A stretch of 64,000 nucleotides of DNA, from the IMG/VR virus record IMGVR_UViG_3300025280_000029. One strand, written 5' to 3'. Each line of letters begins with the position of its first letter. The first letter of the stretch is position 1. Shown piece after piece: positions 20,737 through 30,377 of this stretch. The DNA comes from an uncultured virus (IMG/VR IMGVR_UViG_3300025280_000029) (Duplodnaviria; Heunggongvirae; Uroviricota; Caudoviricetes). The position numbers and the translations under genes are program-made. The notes under the pieces are model-generated. The model saw only the letters and a list, made by a program, of their open reading frames with translations, had not been told where the DNA came from and did not search any database.

Positions 20737-21569
20737 TGAATATTGTTGGCCTAGGCGCTGCTGGGTGTAATATTGCGGACACGTTCGCAAAATATCCGCA
20801 GTACACCAGCTACAAAATTGATGTTGGCCTCAAGGGTTACAAAAAGAATGGCATTTACGCCATACCCAGGAAGGCAACTCATGAAGAATATGAAGAAAAT
20901 TGTCCAAATTTTAAAAATTTCTTCAAAAACATCACAGGTAGGGTCATTTTGGCCACCTGCGGCGCCGGTACGGTCACTGGATGCGTCCTAAGGCTCTTGG
21001 AGCAACTTCCTGACGTTCCGGTCTCTATCCTGTACGTCAAGCCGGACATTAGCCTTCTAGGCGAAATAAAAGCCACTCAAGAGAAGATTGTGTATAATAT
21101 TTTGCAAGAATACGCAAGATCCGGACTAGTTGACAGAATGTACGTTATTTCCAACTTGGAAGTCGAAAAGGTTCTGGTTGATATACCGATTAGTGGATAT
21201 TACGATACGCTGAATGAAGCAATCGTATCAACTTTTCATATGTTGAACGTTTTTTCGAATTCAGAACCCGTTGTCGGAGCATTCACGGAACCGGTTGATT
21301 CTGCTAGGGTTTCTACTATTGGAATTGTTGATTTAGAAAAAGAAGAAGAAAAGTTGTTTTTTGACTTGACAACACCCCGTGATCGGGTGTATTATTATGG
21401 TATAAACAGTGAGTCATTAAAAACAGACGGTAAGCTCTTTAAGAAGATAACGAATTTTGTTAAGAGCAGGAATGAAGAGAATGTGAAAGTCTCGTACGGT
21501 GTGTTTGAGACGAACTATGAACAAAACTTAGCTTATTGTGTAAATCACAGTTCGCTAATACAAACTTAG
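20736..21569 (+). CDS. Tubulin/FtsZ-like protein (PhuZ/TubZ-like, divergent)
   Basis: N-terminal IVGLGAAGCNIA loop, degenerate signature CGAGTVTG, YVISN and YYDTLNEAI. Confidence 0.7.
   Translation: MNIVGLGAAGCNIADTFAKYPQYTSYKIDVGLKGYKKNGIYAIPRKATHEEYEENCPNFKNFFKNITGRVILATCGAGTVTGCVLRLLEQLPDVPVSILYVKPDISLLGEIKATQEKIVYNILQEYARSGLVDRMYVISNLEVEKVLVDIPISGYYDTLNEAIVSTFHMLNVFSNSEPVVGAFTEPVDSARVSTIGIVDLEKEEEKLFFDLTTPRDRVYYYGINSESLKTDGKLFKKITNFVKSRNEENVKVSYGVFETNYEQNLAYCVNHSSLIQT
21366..21395 (+). promoter_or_regulatory. Internal sigma70-type promoter for the SSB gene
   Basis: TTGACA-N18-TATTAT inside the tubulin-like gene; ACACCC/GGGTGT inverted repeat. Confidence 0.5.
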
Positions 21570-21607
21570 ATGTTCGGGATATTGGCCGAACATACTCTAA
21601 CCCAATG
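21570..21607 (+). promoter_or_regulatory. H-type RNA pseudoknot in the SSB leader
   Basis: S1 ATGTTCGG/CCGAACAT; S2 TATTGG/CCAATG; ends directly before the AAAGGA RBS. Confidence 0.6.
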
Positions 21608-21620
21608 AAAGGAAATCAAA

Positions 21621-22394
21621 ATGGGTATTAATGTAGAAAAGATGCGAGCACGACTCGCGCAACTTAAGGGTGAAGGTGGTGGAAAGGATACGTTCTGGCG
21701 TCCACAAGATGGTGAACAGACGATTCGTATTATTCCTACCGCAGATGGAGATCCCTTTAAGGATTATTGGTTCCACTACAATGTGGGCAAGAACGCAGGG
21801 TTTTTATGCCCTAAGCGAAATTACGGAGAAAGCTGCGCCGTTTGCGAATTCGCCTCTCGTCTTTGGACTGAGGGCGTTAACAACAACGACGAAGACAGCA
21901 AGAAGATGGCCAAGAGCCTCTTTACGCGCCAGCGCTTCTTCTCTCCCGTCATGGTACGAGGAGAAGAGAGCCGCGGCGTCCGAGTTTGGGGATATGGTAA
22001 GATGGCCTATGAGAATCTGCTATCTTTGGTCCTCAACCCAGAATACGGTGATATCACCGATGCTGAAACAGGCACTGACCTAGTTTTGGGCTATGGGAAG
22101 CCCCCAGGCGCTTCCTTCCCCCAGACGAAGCTCACGCCTCGCCGACGTTCCTCCACTCTATGTGAGGACATGACTCCGGAGAGTTGCAAGGAAATCCTTG
22201 ATTCGATTCCGGACATGACTGACCTTTTCGAGCGTAAGTCATCGACTGAAGTTGAGAGTCTTTTGGACACTTATCTTTCCGATGATGAATCGGCCGAAAC
22301 TCGCTCCAGCGAGACTACGAAGTACGCCTCTACGTCTACGAGTGAGGCTCCCTCCTCAGTGGATGCTGCATTCGCAGAACTTGGCATCGGGTAA
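21621..22394 (+). CDS. Single-stranded DNA-binding protein (gp32-like)
   Basis: FWRP...TIRIIP, H...CP...CAVC zinc site, YGDITD..G.D and an acidic C-terminal tail. Confidence 0.8.
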   Translation: MGINVEKMRARLAQLKGEGGGKDTFWRPQDGEQTIRIIPTADGDPFKDYWFHYNVGKNAGFLCPKRNYGESCAVCEFASRLWTEGVNNNDEDSKKMAKSLFTRQRFFSPVMVRGEESRGVRVWGYGKMAYENLLSLVLNPEYGDITDAETGTDLVLGYGKPPGASFPQTKLTPRRRSSTLCEDMTPESCKEILDSIPDMTDLFERKSSTEVESLLDTYLSDDESAETRSSETTKYASTSTSEAPSSVDAAFAELGIG

Positions 22395-22466
22395 AATATC
22401 CCTCCGCAGGGGGGCCCGGGGTTACAGGGGTCCCACATTATCACAAGCAAGATAAGGAATTTTTAG

Positions 22467-22976
22467 ATGAATAACATTACAGACACTTTGAGAGAACTAA
22501 GCGTCGCTGATGATGCACTTATCACCCTTAGCTATACCGAGGGTGCCGATGTTTGGCATATTGACGACAACCACGTGGAAGAGACAATTGGTTACACCAA
22601 GACTGTTTCTCTCCTTGCTGGGCTCCTTGCCTCTGACGTAACCGTTTCGCGCGCTTACGGCACTCCTGACGATATTCTTGAAGACATGCGGGACGAGGGA
22701 CTTCTCGATAACTATGACAACGAAGGTTCTTTCAAGGACTACTTGACTGGGCAGCTCACCGATACGATCTATGAAGGCGAGTATCCTTTGGATTACTCAA
22801 CTCAGCATTACGACCACAAACGCGGCTGGTGCAACATCTCGACCAGGGTCAAAATTAAGGCAGCCGATCTTTACCGAATCGATGAAAACGAGTCTTCACC
22901 TAACTCGGCCGATGCGGTTGTCGAAGGTTTTACTGTTGAGGTGCAGACACCGGCCGGTACGCTGACGCTTAGCTAG
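22467..22976 (+). CDS. Hypothetical acidic protein
   Basis: 169-aa ORF with AAGGA RBS. Confidence 0.75.
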   Translation: MNNITDTLRELSVADDALITLSYTEGADVWHIDDNHVEETIGYTKTVSLLAGLLASDVTVSRAYGTPDDILEDMRDEGLLDNYDNEGSFKDYLTGQLTDTIYEGEYPLDYSTQHYDHKRGWCNISTRVKIKAADLYRIDENESSPNSADAVVEGFTVEVQTPAGTLTLS

Positions 22977-23194
22977 TGAAAATTCTAGACTTACATGGAG
23001 AATATCACCGCTCTGTACAGGGCATTGTAGAGGAGTTTGTGTTTTCGAACGAGACCCCGCTGAAGATCATAACGGGAAAATCTCAAAGAATGAGAGAACT
23101 TGTCACTCAGGTGACGAACAGGAGTGGCCTTTACTGCCATTTCGAAAATCTTACAAATAGCGGTTGTTTGATTATAACAAAATATAAAATATAG
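22976..23194 (+). CDS. Stand-alone Smr-domain-like protein
   Basis: LDLHG...LKIITGKS motif pair. Confidence 0.6.
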   Translation: MKILDLHGEYHRSVQGIVEEFVFSNETPLKIITGKSQRMRELVTQVTNRSGLYCHFENLTNSGCLIITKYKI

Positions 23195-23204
23195 GGAGAA
23201 TAAA

Positions 23205-24341
23205 ATGGCTCGACGCAAATCAACGATAGGAAAACTTCAAATTTCAGAAATGAGAAGCCTTATCAACAAGAAAGCTGGCATGAATGTCGCTTTCGATCTT
23301 AAGAATGAAAACCCAACCGAAGTGAAAGCCTGGATTCCAACTGGATCTCGTTGGCTAGACTCGATTATTTGCCGCGGCCAACTAGCCGGCATCCCGGTTG
23401 GAAAAATCACGGAAATCGCCGGCCTAGAGTCGACAGGGAAATCGTTCATGGCGGCACAAGTCGCCGCGAATGCTCAGAAGATGGGAATTGATGTTATCTA
23501 CTTTGATTCTGAATCTGCTATCGATCCGACTTTCTTGGAGCGCGCTGGCTGCGATTTAGAAACGCTCTTGTATGTGCAGGCAGCTTCGGTGGAATTTGTA
23601 CTAGAGACAATCGAAGAGCTTTTGGGTTCAAACGCCAACAGAATGCTGTTTATTTGGGATTCTCTGGCACTCACCCCTTCTATCTCAGATATCGAGGGCG
23701 ATTTTAACCCCAACTCCTCTATGGCAGTCAAGCCTCGCATTCTCTCTAAGGGTATGGCAAAACTAACAGTGCCCATTGCTAATAGTCAGTCGACGTTCTT
23801 GGTTTTAAACCAGCTAAAGACGAACATCCCGTCTGGGCCAAATGCGCACATTGTTGCTATGACCACTCCATACATTACACCCGGAGGAAAGGCCATGCAC
23901 TATGCTTATTCACTTCGCGTGTGGCTCACTGGACGAAAGGCCAAAGCTTCCTTTATCATGGATGACAAAGGGTTCAGAATCGGATCAGAGGTAAAAGCAA
24001 AACTTGAGAAATCTCGATTTGGCACTCAGGGTCGCAATTGCGCATTCAAGATTCTTTGGGGAGAGGGTATCGGCGTGCAGGATGAAGAAAGTTGGCTGGA
24101 GGCCATCAAAGGTTCCGAGAACCTTCTTCAGCGCGGCGCATGGTATGCACTTCAATACGAAAATGGAGATCAGGAGAAGTTCATGAGTTCTCAGTGGGTC
24201 GAGAAGTTGGCTAATGAAAAGTTTAAGCAGCGTGTCTTTGAAATTATGGACGAAGAGATCGTTATGAAGTTTGATAAACGTCAGGGAACTGCCAGCGAAT
24301 TTTATGATACTGAAGAAGAATCATCAGAACAACAAAAATAA
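23205..24341 (+). CDS. recA: RecA/UvsX recombinase
   Basis: IPTGS..LD, Walker A GLESTGKS, FDSESA, WDSL, NQLK and TPGGKAM. Confidence 0.95.
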   Translation: MARRKSTIGKLQISEMRSLINKKAGMNVAFDLKNENPTEVKAWIPTGSRWLDSIICRGQLAGIPVGKITEIAGLESTGKSFMAAQVAANAQKMGIDVIYFDSESAIDPTFLERAGCDLETLLYVQAASVEFVLETIEELLGSNANRMLFIWDSLALTPSISDIEGDFNPNSSMAVKPRILSKGMAKLTVPIANSQSTFLVLNQLKTNIPSGPNAHIVAMTTPYITPGGKAMHYAYSLRVWLTGRKAKASFIMDDKGFRIGSEVKAKLEKSRFGTQGRNCAFKILWGEGIGVQDEESWLEAIKGSENLLQRGAWYALQYENGDQEKFMSSQWVEKLANEKFKQRVFEIMDEEIVMKFDKRQGTASEFYDTEEESSEQQK

Positions 24342-24349
24342 AATAACTC

Positions 24350-24396
24350 TTGACTCTGGAGGCACTGTGGGATATACTATTCTCACAGTGCCTTTT
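24350..24396 (+). promoter_or_regulatory. Composite sigma70 promoter/terminator hairpin
   Basis: TTGACT-N17-TATACT with the -10 in the loop of stem AGGCACTGTGGGA/TCTCACAGTGCCT, followed by TTT. Confidence 0.7.
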
Positions 24397-24413
24397 AGCA
24401 GATAGGAATTATA

Positions 24414-24797
24414 GTGAAAAATAAGCGCTATATCGGACTAGCCAAGCGAGTCGCAGAAGAGTCAGATTATGGAAAGTTTCGTCACGGAGCAGTCTTGGTT
24501 AAGGGTAGCTCCATTCGTAACGTTTCCTGCAACAAGCAACGACACTGCAGCTTTGGTACACGTTTCCGCGCACCAGACTGTGGAGATGCGACTCTGCATG
24601 CAGAATTAGGCGCCATTTTGGGAGTCGACAGGGGAGTAACCCGCGGCTCAACAGTTTACGTAGCAAGAATTAACAAAGAGGGAGAAGCTAAGATTAGCAA
24701 ACCGTGCCCTATGTGTCAAAACGCGATGAAGCATGTTGGCGTCCGCCGCGTTGTGTACACAGATAAAGACGGAGATATTGTGAGTATGAGACTATGA
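24414..24797 (+). CDS. CMP/dCMP-type zinc deaminase
   Basis: RHGAVLV, HAE and PCPMC motifs. Confidence 0.85.
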   Translation: MKNKRYIGLAKRVAEESDYGKFRHGAVLVKGSSIRNVSCNKQRHCSFGTRFRAPDCGDATLHAELGAILGVDRGVTRGSTVYVARINKEGEAKISKPCPMCQNAMKHVGVRRVVYTDKDGDIVSMRL

Positions 24798-25258
24798 ATA
24801 TATTTGTTGTTGACGAAGACCCGGTAGTTGCTGCACAGCAATTGTGTGACAAGCATGTGGTAAAGATGATTCTTGAGACTGCACAGATGTTGTGTACGGT
24901 AGCAGCCAATCACGGCCACAAAACACCTTATCGTAAGACACACGCAAAGCATCCCTGCACTTTATGGGCCGGCACTTCTGCTGGAAATTGGACGTGGCTT
25001 CTCCGCCACGGCTTAGCTATGTGTGCTGAATATACGCGCCGCTATGGCCGCGTACACAAAAGTGAGGAGGTCATCATGTGGTGTAGCAGACTTACGATGA
25101 AATTCCTGGGAGCCAATCTGACGCCGTTCGCCCAAGCAATGCCTCCCCAGTATCACAATGACTGTGCAGTCACTGCATACCGTGCCTATTACCACGGAGA
25201 AAAAGCAAAGTTTGCTACATGGAAAACAGAGGAGCCAAAATGGTGGAGAGTAAGATGA
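24794..25258 (+). CDS. Pyrimidine-dimer DNA glycosylase/endonuclease V family
   Basis: MNIF...DKHVVKMILETAQML, HPCTLW, EYTRRYG..H and AYRAYY. Confidence 0.8.
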   Translation: MNIFVVDEDPVVAAQQLCDKHVVKMILETAQMLCTVAANHGHKTPYRKTHAKHPCTLWAGTSAGNWTWLLRHGLAMCAEYTRRYGRVHKSEEVIMWCSRLTMKFLGANLTPFAQAMPPQYHNDCAVTAYRAYYHGEKAKFATWKTEEPKWWRVR

Positions 25259-26220
25259 AAAGAGTGATGATTGTCGATAGCCTAAATCAGTTTATTAGGT
25301 CCTACATTGTTGATCCAAGTTTATCGACAAACGGTCAACCAATAGGCGGAACAAAGGGCTTTTTAAAGATTTTACAGAAACTCTGCAGGGATATTAACCC
25401 AGATGCTGTTGTTATCTGTTGGGACGGCAGAGGTGGCTCTAGGAAGCGCCGAAGTCTAGTTAAGGAATATAAGTCCGGACGCAAGGCCATTCGTCTAAAT
25501 CGCGAAACCGACATGACCGAAGACGAAGAACTTCAAAATAAGATTTGGCAGCAAAGCCGGCTGATTGAGTACTTGAATGAACTCCCGGTGATTCAGTTTA
25601 TGTTCGATGAGGTTGAGGCCGATGATGTAATCGGATATGTCAGTAAGATGCCGCAATTCGACGGATGGCAAAAGGTAATCGTTTCCAGCGACAAAGACTT
25701 CATTCAGTTATGTGATGGTGAAACTGTGCTTTTTAGGCCGGTACAGAAGGAAGTCCTGAATAAGAACAATATCATTGAGAAGTTTGGAATTCACCCAAAC
25801 AATTTTGCTTTGGCCCGGGCCCTTGTCGGAGACAAATCCGATAATTTAGAAGGTGTACGCGGCGTCGGCCTTCCTACGGTAAAGAAAAGATTTCCCTTTC
25901 TTTCTGAAGAAAAATCATATACAATACAAGAGTTGATAGAATTTTGTGATAATGTTGACTCAAAGCTTAAGACTTACAAATCAATTTTAGAAAATGAAGA
26001 TTTGGTGGCATTGAATTATAAGCTTATGCAACTGTATTCTCCAATCTTGTCAGTTCAGTCAAAAAGCAAGGTCGACTTCACTATCGATAATTTTGAATTT
26101 GAGTTCAACAAGACAGAGATGATCAAAATGATGCATGAAGATGGTTTTGGGTCGTACAATTGGGACGAGTTGTTCGCTAAAATGAAGAAAATATCGATTG
26201 ATGGGCTAAGAGGGGAATAA
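25255..26220 (+). CDS. 5'-3' exonuclease/flap endonuclease (T4 RNase H-like)
   Basis: IVD..N, WDG, YK.GR, EADDVI, SSDKDF and GDKSDNLEGVRGVG; ATGA overlap with the upstream gene. Confidence 0.92.
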   Translation: MKRVMIVDSLNQFIRSYIVDPSLSTNGQPIGGTKGFLKILQKLCRDINPDAVVICWDGRGGSRKRRSLVKEYKSGRKAIRLNRETDMTEDEELQNKIWQQSRLIEYLNELPVIQFMFDEVEADDVIGYVSKMPQFDGWQKVIVSSDKDFIQLCDGETVLFRPVQKEVLNKNNIIEKFGIHPNNFALARALVGDKSDNLEGVRGVGLPTVKKRFPFLSEEKSYTIQELIEFCDNVDSKLKTYKSILENEDLVALNYKLMQLYSPILSVQSKSKVDFTIDNFEFEFNKTEMIKMMHEDGFGSYNWDELFAKMKKISIDGLRGE

Positions 26221-27603
26221 ATGGATTTTAACGAAAAATCAGATTTTTCAAAGTATGGCAAAAGCTTTCAAGAGCAGCTGTGTATGCTTGTCCTTGATGA
26301 TCGACCTTTCGCCGATCAGGTTGAAGAAGTTCTAGACATTAATTTTCTAGAACTTCGTTATCTACGTGTATTCGTAGAGAAGGTTTTTTCGTATCGTAAG
26401 AAGTATGACGTACATCCTTCCCGTAGGATTATGACAACTATTCTGCGCACAGATCTGGAAGAAGAGAACGAACTAACCCAGCAACAGACTCGTGAATTCT
26501 TCGCGCGCGGCCACACTTTTAGTACTGAGGATGCTGGGTACATCAAGGAGACTTCTTTAGATTTCTGCAAAAAGCAGTGTCTGAAATCCGCTATGGTGAA
26601 GTCTATCGGACTCCTCCAGAAATCATCTTTCGATGAGATTTCGAAAGTCATTAATGATTCACTAAAGTTGGGCGCGAGCCCGGACACCGGCCATGATTGG
26701 AAAAGGGACTTTGAAGCCAGATACAAGCCCAAATTCAGAAACCCAGTAACGACCGGCTGGGACTTATTGGATGATCTTTGCCACGGCGGCTTGGGTCAAA
26801 AAGAGCTTGGAGTGGTTATTGCGCCTACCGGTGCCGGAAAATCCATGGCCCTTGTACATTTAGGAACAAAAGCCTTAAGAGCTGGCAAAACTGTGGTACA
26901 CTATACTCTGGAGCTGCAGGACACGGTGATCGGAACGAGATACGATAGCTGCCTCACCGGGGTACCGCTATCAAACCTTCTCTCCTTCAAAGAGAAAATA
27001 TATGAAGAGGTTAAAGACATTCCCGGCTCCTTGATTATTAAGGAATATCCAACGAAATCTGCTAGCACGCAAACGTTGCGAGGGCATCTTGAAAAGTTAA
27101 GATTGCGCAACGTTGAGGTTGATATGATCATTGTTGATTATGCCGATCTTCTTCGCCCCGTTTCAGCGCAGAAAGAGCGCAGAAATGAGCTTGAATCTAT
27201 CTACGAGGAACTTCGTGGATTGGCTCAGGAGTTCGTGTGTCCAATTTGGACCGCTAGCCAAACAAACCGCTCAGGCCTCAATGCGGAAGTGATTACTATG
27301 GAATCGATTTCCGAGGCATTCAATAAGTGCTTCGTCGCAGATTTCATTTTTTCTATCTCTAGGACGGTCGAAGATAAGCAGGCAAATACCGGCAGAATCT
27401 TTATCGCAAAGAATAGAAATGGTCCAGATGGGCTGGTCTTCCCCCTCTTCATGGATACGTCGAGTGTGGCGATCAAAGTTCTTGAGCCAACAGCTGAGAT
27501 GCTGACAGAACCAGTCCAAAGAACGGACAAGGAACAAAGAGAACTTTTGGCTCAAAAGTATAAAAAATTAGTAAAGGGTAAAAAAAGTGAAGTACACACA
27601 TAA
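26221..27603 (+). CDS. dnaB: Replicative DNA helicase (DnaB/gp41-like)
   Basis: APTGAGKS, YTLEL, IIVDYADL, WTASQTNR and AKNRNG. Confidence 0.92.
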   Translation: MDFNEKSDFSKYGKSFQEQLCMLVLDDRPFADQVEEVLDINFLELRYLRVFVEKVFSYRKKYDVHPSRRIMTTILRTDLEEENELTQQQTREFFARGHTFSTEDAGYIKETSLDFCKKQCLKSAMVKSIGLLQKSSFDEISKVINDSLKLGASPDTGHDWKRDFEARYKPKFRNPVTTGWDLLDDLCHGGLGQKELGVVIAPTGAGKSMALVHLGTKALRAGKTVVHYTLELQDTVIGTRYDSCLTGVPLSNLLSFKEKIYEEVKDIPGSLIIKEYPTKSASTQTLRGHLEKLRLRNVEVDMIIVDYADLLRPVSAQKERRNELESIYEELRGLAQEFVCPIWTASQTNRSGLNAEVITMESISEAFNKCFVADFIFSISRTVEDKQANTGRIFIAKNRNGPDGLVFPLFMDTSSVAIKVLEPTAEMLTEPVQRTDKEQRELLAQKYKKLVKGKKSEVHT

Positions 27604-30019
27604 TGAAGCTTATGAAGCAACTTTAAAGTATTTTAGTGGCGATGAATTAGCAGCTAACGTTTTTATTACAAAATACTGCTTGAGAAACAAGGACGGTGAG
27701 TTTTTAGAAAAAACACCAGATGATATGCATGAGAGAATGGCCTCTGAGTTCGCGCGGATTGAGGAAAAATTTCATAAGGATGGCTCTTCTTCCTCGATGT
27801 CAAAAAAGAAGATTCTCTCTTACTTAAAAAACTTTAAATATATTGTCCCTCAAGGATCGCCTATGATGGGAATAGGAAACAATCATGTTAATGTATCTCT
27901 TTCTAACTGTGTCGTTATCGAGCCTCCTGCAGACAGTGTTTCGTCCATTATGGACGCTGGTAAGCATCTTGCTAACTTGTTCAAGCGTCGCTGTGGCGTT
28001 GGTATTGATCTTTCTCATTTGCGTCCCGAGGGTGCTCCCGTTAACAACTCTGCTCGCACTACTACTGGGGCTTGGAGTTTTGCTGATTTCTATTCATATG
28101 TTTGCCGTATGATCGGCCAAAATGGCCGACGCGGAGCATTGATGATCACAATGGATATCCGTCATCCCGATATCGAGAGTTTTATCACCATGAAAAGGGA
28201 TTTGACGAAAGTCACCGGCGCGAATGTCTCTGTTAAAATAAGTGATGACTTCATGAGGGCCGTAGAGAACAAAGAAACATTTACACTGCAGTTCCCAATC
28301 GACAGTGAAGAACCAACGGCAACAAAGGAGGTTCTAGCGGAAGATGTATGGAATATGATCATCGAGTCTGCAACAGCCACTGCGGAACCCGGGATCTTGA
28401 TGTGGGACAATATTGTAAACAATTTACCGGCGCACTCTTATTCCGAGAGTGGCTTTAAAACAGTTTGCACCAATCCGTGCGGGGAAATACCCCTCTCTGC
28501 TTATGATAGTTGTCGGCTGATATCTATCAACTTAAAGAATATGGTAAAGAATCCGTTTAGTGACAAATCAAAGTTCGATTTTAAGAAGTTGAGGGAGGTA
28601 GTCACCGTTGGCATGCGCCTCTCTGACGATCTGGTGGAATTGGAGCTTGAGAAACTAGAGAGTATCCACCAGTGCACCGACACAGAGGATGAAAAGGAGA
28701 TGTGGTCTAAGCTGCTTAAAGCCGCCCGCGACGGCCGCCGAACTGGTATGGGAACCCATGGCTTAGCTGACGCCATTGCTCGTCTGGGCCTGAAATACGA
28801 TTCCGCTGCAGCAATTGCCGTTATCGAGAAGATCTACGAAACACTACGCAACTCAGCGTACTCGGAAAGTATATCTCTGGCCCGTGATCGCGGCTCCTTC
28901 CCGGTGTTCGACTGGGAGCTAGAAAAAGAAAATAGATTTATCAGTCGACTACCAGAAGAGCTGCAAAACTCTTTATCGACCCATGGGCGTCGAAACATAT
29001 CAATTTTGACAAACGCCCCAACCGGCTCTGTGTCTATATTATCCCAGACTAGTTCTGGGCTAGAACCCGTCTTCCGTAATTGGTATATTCGTCGTCGTAA
29101 ACTTTCTCACGATGAGCAGGACGTTGTGCCAGATTTCGTAGATGAGATGGACGATAAGTGGGCTGAATACAGAATATTCCATCATAACGTGCAGGAGTAT
29201 CTAGAGCTTTTCGGAACAGATAAGATACCAGAGTTCTTTGTAGAATCAGACCAGATTGATGGTATGCAGAGGATCGCAATTCAAGAAGCAATTCAGAAGA
29301 GTATCGACCATAGTATTAGTTCTACAATCAACCTTCCAAAAGAAACAAATCCAGAAACTGTAGGAGCGTTGTATTTAGAGGGTTGGCGCCGCGGCCTCAA
29401 AGGAATAACTGTATATGTAGAAGGATCCCGCACCGGAGTGCTGATATCAAACTCGGAAAATAAGAAAGAGGAGTTCCCACAGCATACAGCGCCAAAACGA
29501 CCTTTTGAGCTTCCGTGTGATATTCACCATACTACGATTCAGGGAGAAAAGTGGGTTATAATGGTAGGCTTGATGGACGGGAGACCGTATGAGGTTATGG
29601 GAGGTCTCTCTAATCTTATCGAAATTCCAAGATCCAAAGCAGAGGGGGTTTTGATGAAACACCCCAGGAAAACCATGAATTCCGTATATGATTTGCAGAT
29701 CGGCACTAATGGAGAGACTGTAATTATTAAAGACTTAGTGAAAGCATTTGATAACCCTAATCACTCGGCATTTACCAGAGTAATTTCTCTCGGCTTGCGT
29801 CATGGTGCCAATATTCAATATGTGGTTGAGCAGCTGCAGAAGGATCGAGACAGTGACATGTTTAGTTTTGCTAGGTGTGTTGCAAGGGTCCTAAAAAGTT
29901 ATATCCCAGATGGCCAAGCCGCCACCGAAAAAACTTGTCCCGAGTGTAGTACAGAGGGGTTAGTATACGTGGAAGGTTGCGTGACTTGTAGGAACTGCGG
30001 ATTCTCTAAGTGCGGATAA
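27587..30019 (+). CDS. nrdJ: Ribonucleotide reductase, probably class II (B12-dependent)
   Basis: SNC, RRGALM, TNPCGEIPL, APTGS, ISSTINLP; C-terminal CxxC...EGC..C..CG.SKC; no beta-subunit gene in the window. Confidence 0.85.
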   Translation: MKYTHNEAYEATLKYFSGDELAANVFITKYCLRNKDGEFLEKTPDDMHERMASEFARIEEKFHKDGSSSSMSKKKILSYLKNFKYIVPQGSPMMGIGNNHVNVSLSNCVVIEPPADSVSSIMDAGKHLANLFKRRCGVGIDLSHLRPEGAPVNNSARTTTGAWSFADFYSYVCRMIGQNGRRGALMITMDIRHPDIESFITMKRDLTKVTGANVSVKISDDFMRAVENKETFTLQFPIDSEEPTATKEVLAEDVWNMIIESATATAEPGILMWDNIVNNLPAHSYSESGFKTVCTNPCGEIPLSAYDSCRLISINLKNMVKNPFSDKSKFDFKKLREVVTVGMRLSDDLVELELEKLESIHQCTDTEDEKEMWSKLLKAARDGRRTGMGTHGLADAIARLGLKYDSAAAIAVIEKIYETLRNSAYSESISLARDRGSFPVFDWELEKENRFISRLPEELQNSLSTHGRRNISILTNAPTGSVSILSQTSSGLEPVFRNWYIRRRKLSHDEQDVVPDFVDEMDDKWAEYRIFHHNVQEYLELFGTDKIPEFFVESDQIDGMQRIAIQEAIQKSIDHSISSTINLPKETNPETVGALYLEGWRRGLKGITVYVEGSRTGVLISNSENKKEEFPQHTAPKRPFELPCDIHHTTIQGEKWVIMVGLMDGRPYEVMGGLSNLIEIPRSKAEGVLMKHPRKTMNSVYDLQIGTNGETVIIKDLVKAFDNPNHSAFTRVISLGLRHGANIQYVVEQLQKDRDSDMFSFARCVARVLKSYIPDGQAATEKTCPECSTEGLVYVEGCVTCRNCGFSKCG

Positions 30020-30033
30020 TAGAAACAAACCAC

Positions 30034-30075
30034 TTGACTTCTTTGCCCTTACGAGTTATACTGTAGGGGCATTTT
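30034..30075 (+). promoter_or_regulatory. Composite sigma70 promoter/terminator hairpin
   Basis: TTGACT-N17-TATACT with the -10 in the loop of TGCCCTTAC/GTAGGGGCA, followed by TTTT. Confidence 0.7.
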
Positions 30076-30092
30076 AGTTTGAGGAGAAAAAA

Positions 30093-30377
30093 ATGAACTT
30101 TGCACCAGTGAATAAGAACCTGTTACTTAAGGTTGAAGAAGAAGAGGAAACACTTGAAGCGCCAATTGGTGGCATTTTATTGCCAACTGATTATAGGCCG
30201 GCCCACAAGCCATATACTTTTGCAACTTTAGTTGCATGCGCAGATGATTCTTCTTTTGCGATGGACGTTGGAAAGACTTTTGTTGTAGAGTCTCAAATGA
30301 TCCGCGAGATTGAATACGATGGAGAGTTATTTCATACAATAACTGAAAGTCATGTCATCGGGTTCCTTCGGGAGTAA
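30093..30377 (+). CDS. groES: Co-chaperonin GroES-like
   Basis: PVNKNLLL...GGILLP mobile loop, VG..V and ESHVIG. Confidence 0.75.
   Translation: MNFAPVNKNLLLKVEEEEETLEAPIGGILLPTDYRPAHKPYTFATLVACADDSSFAMDVGKTFVVESQMIREIEYDGELFHTITESHVIGFLRE

Noticed and set aside
20736..21569. Nucleus-forming (chimallin) phage inferred from the tubulin
   Set aside because: No chimallin or phage multisubunit RNAP is recognisable; the virion genes are T4-like and early promoters are host sigma70-type
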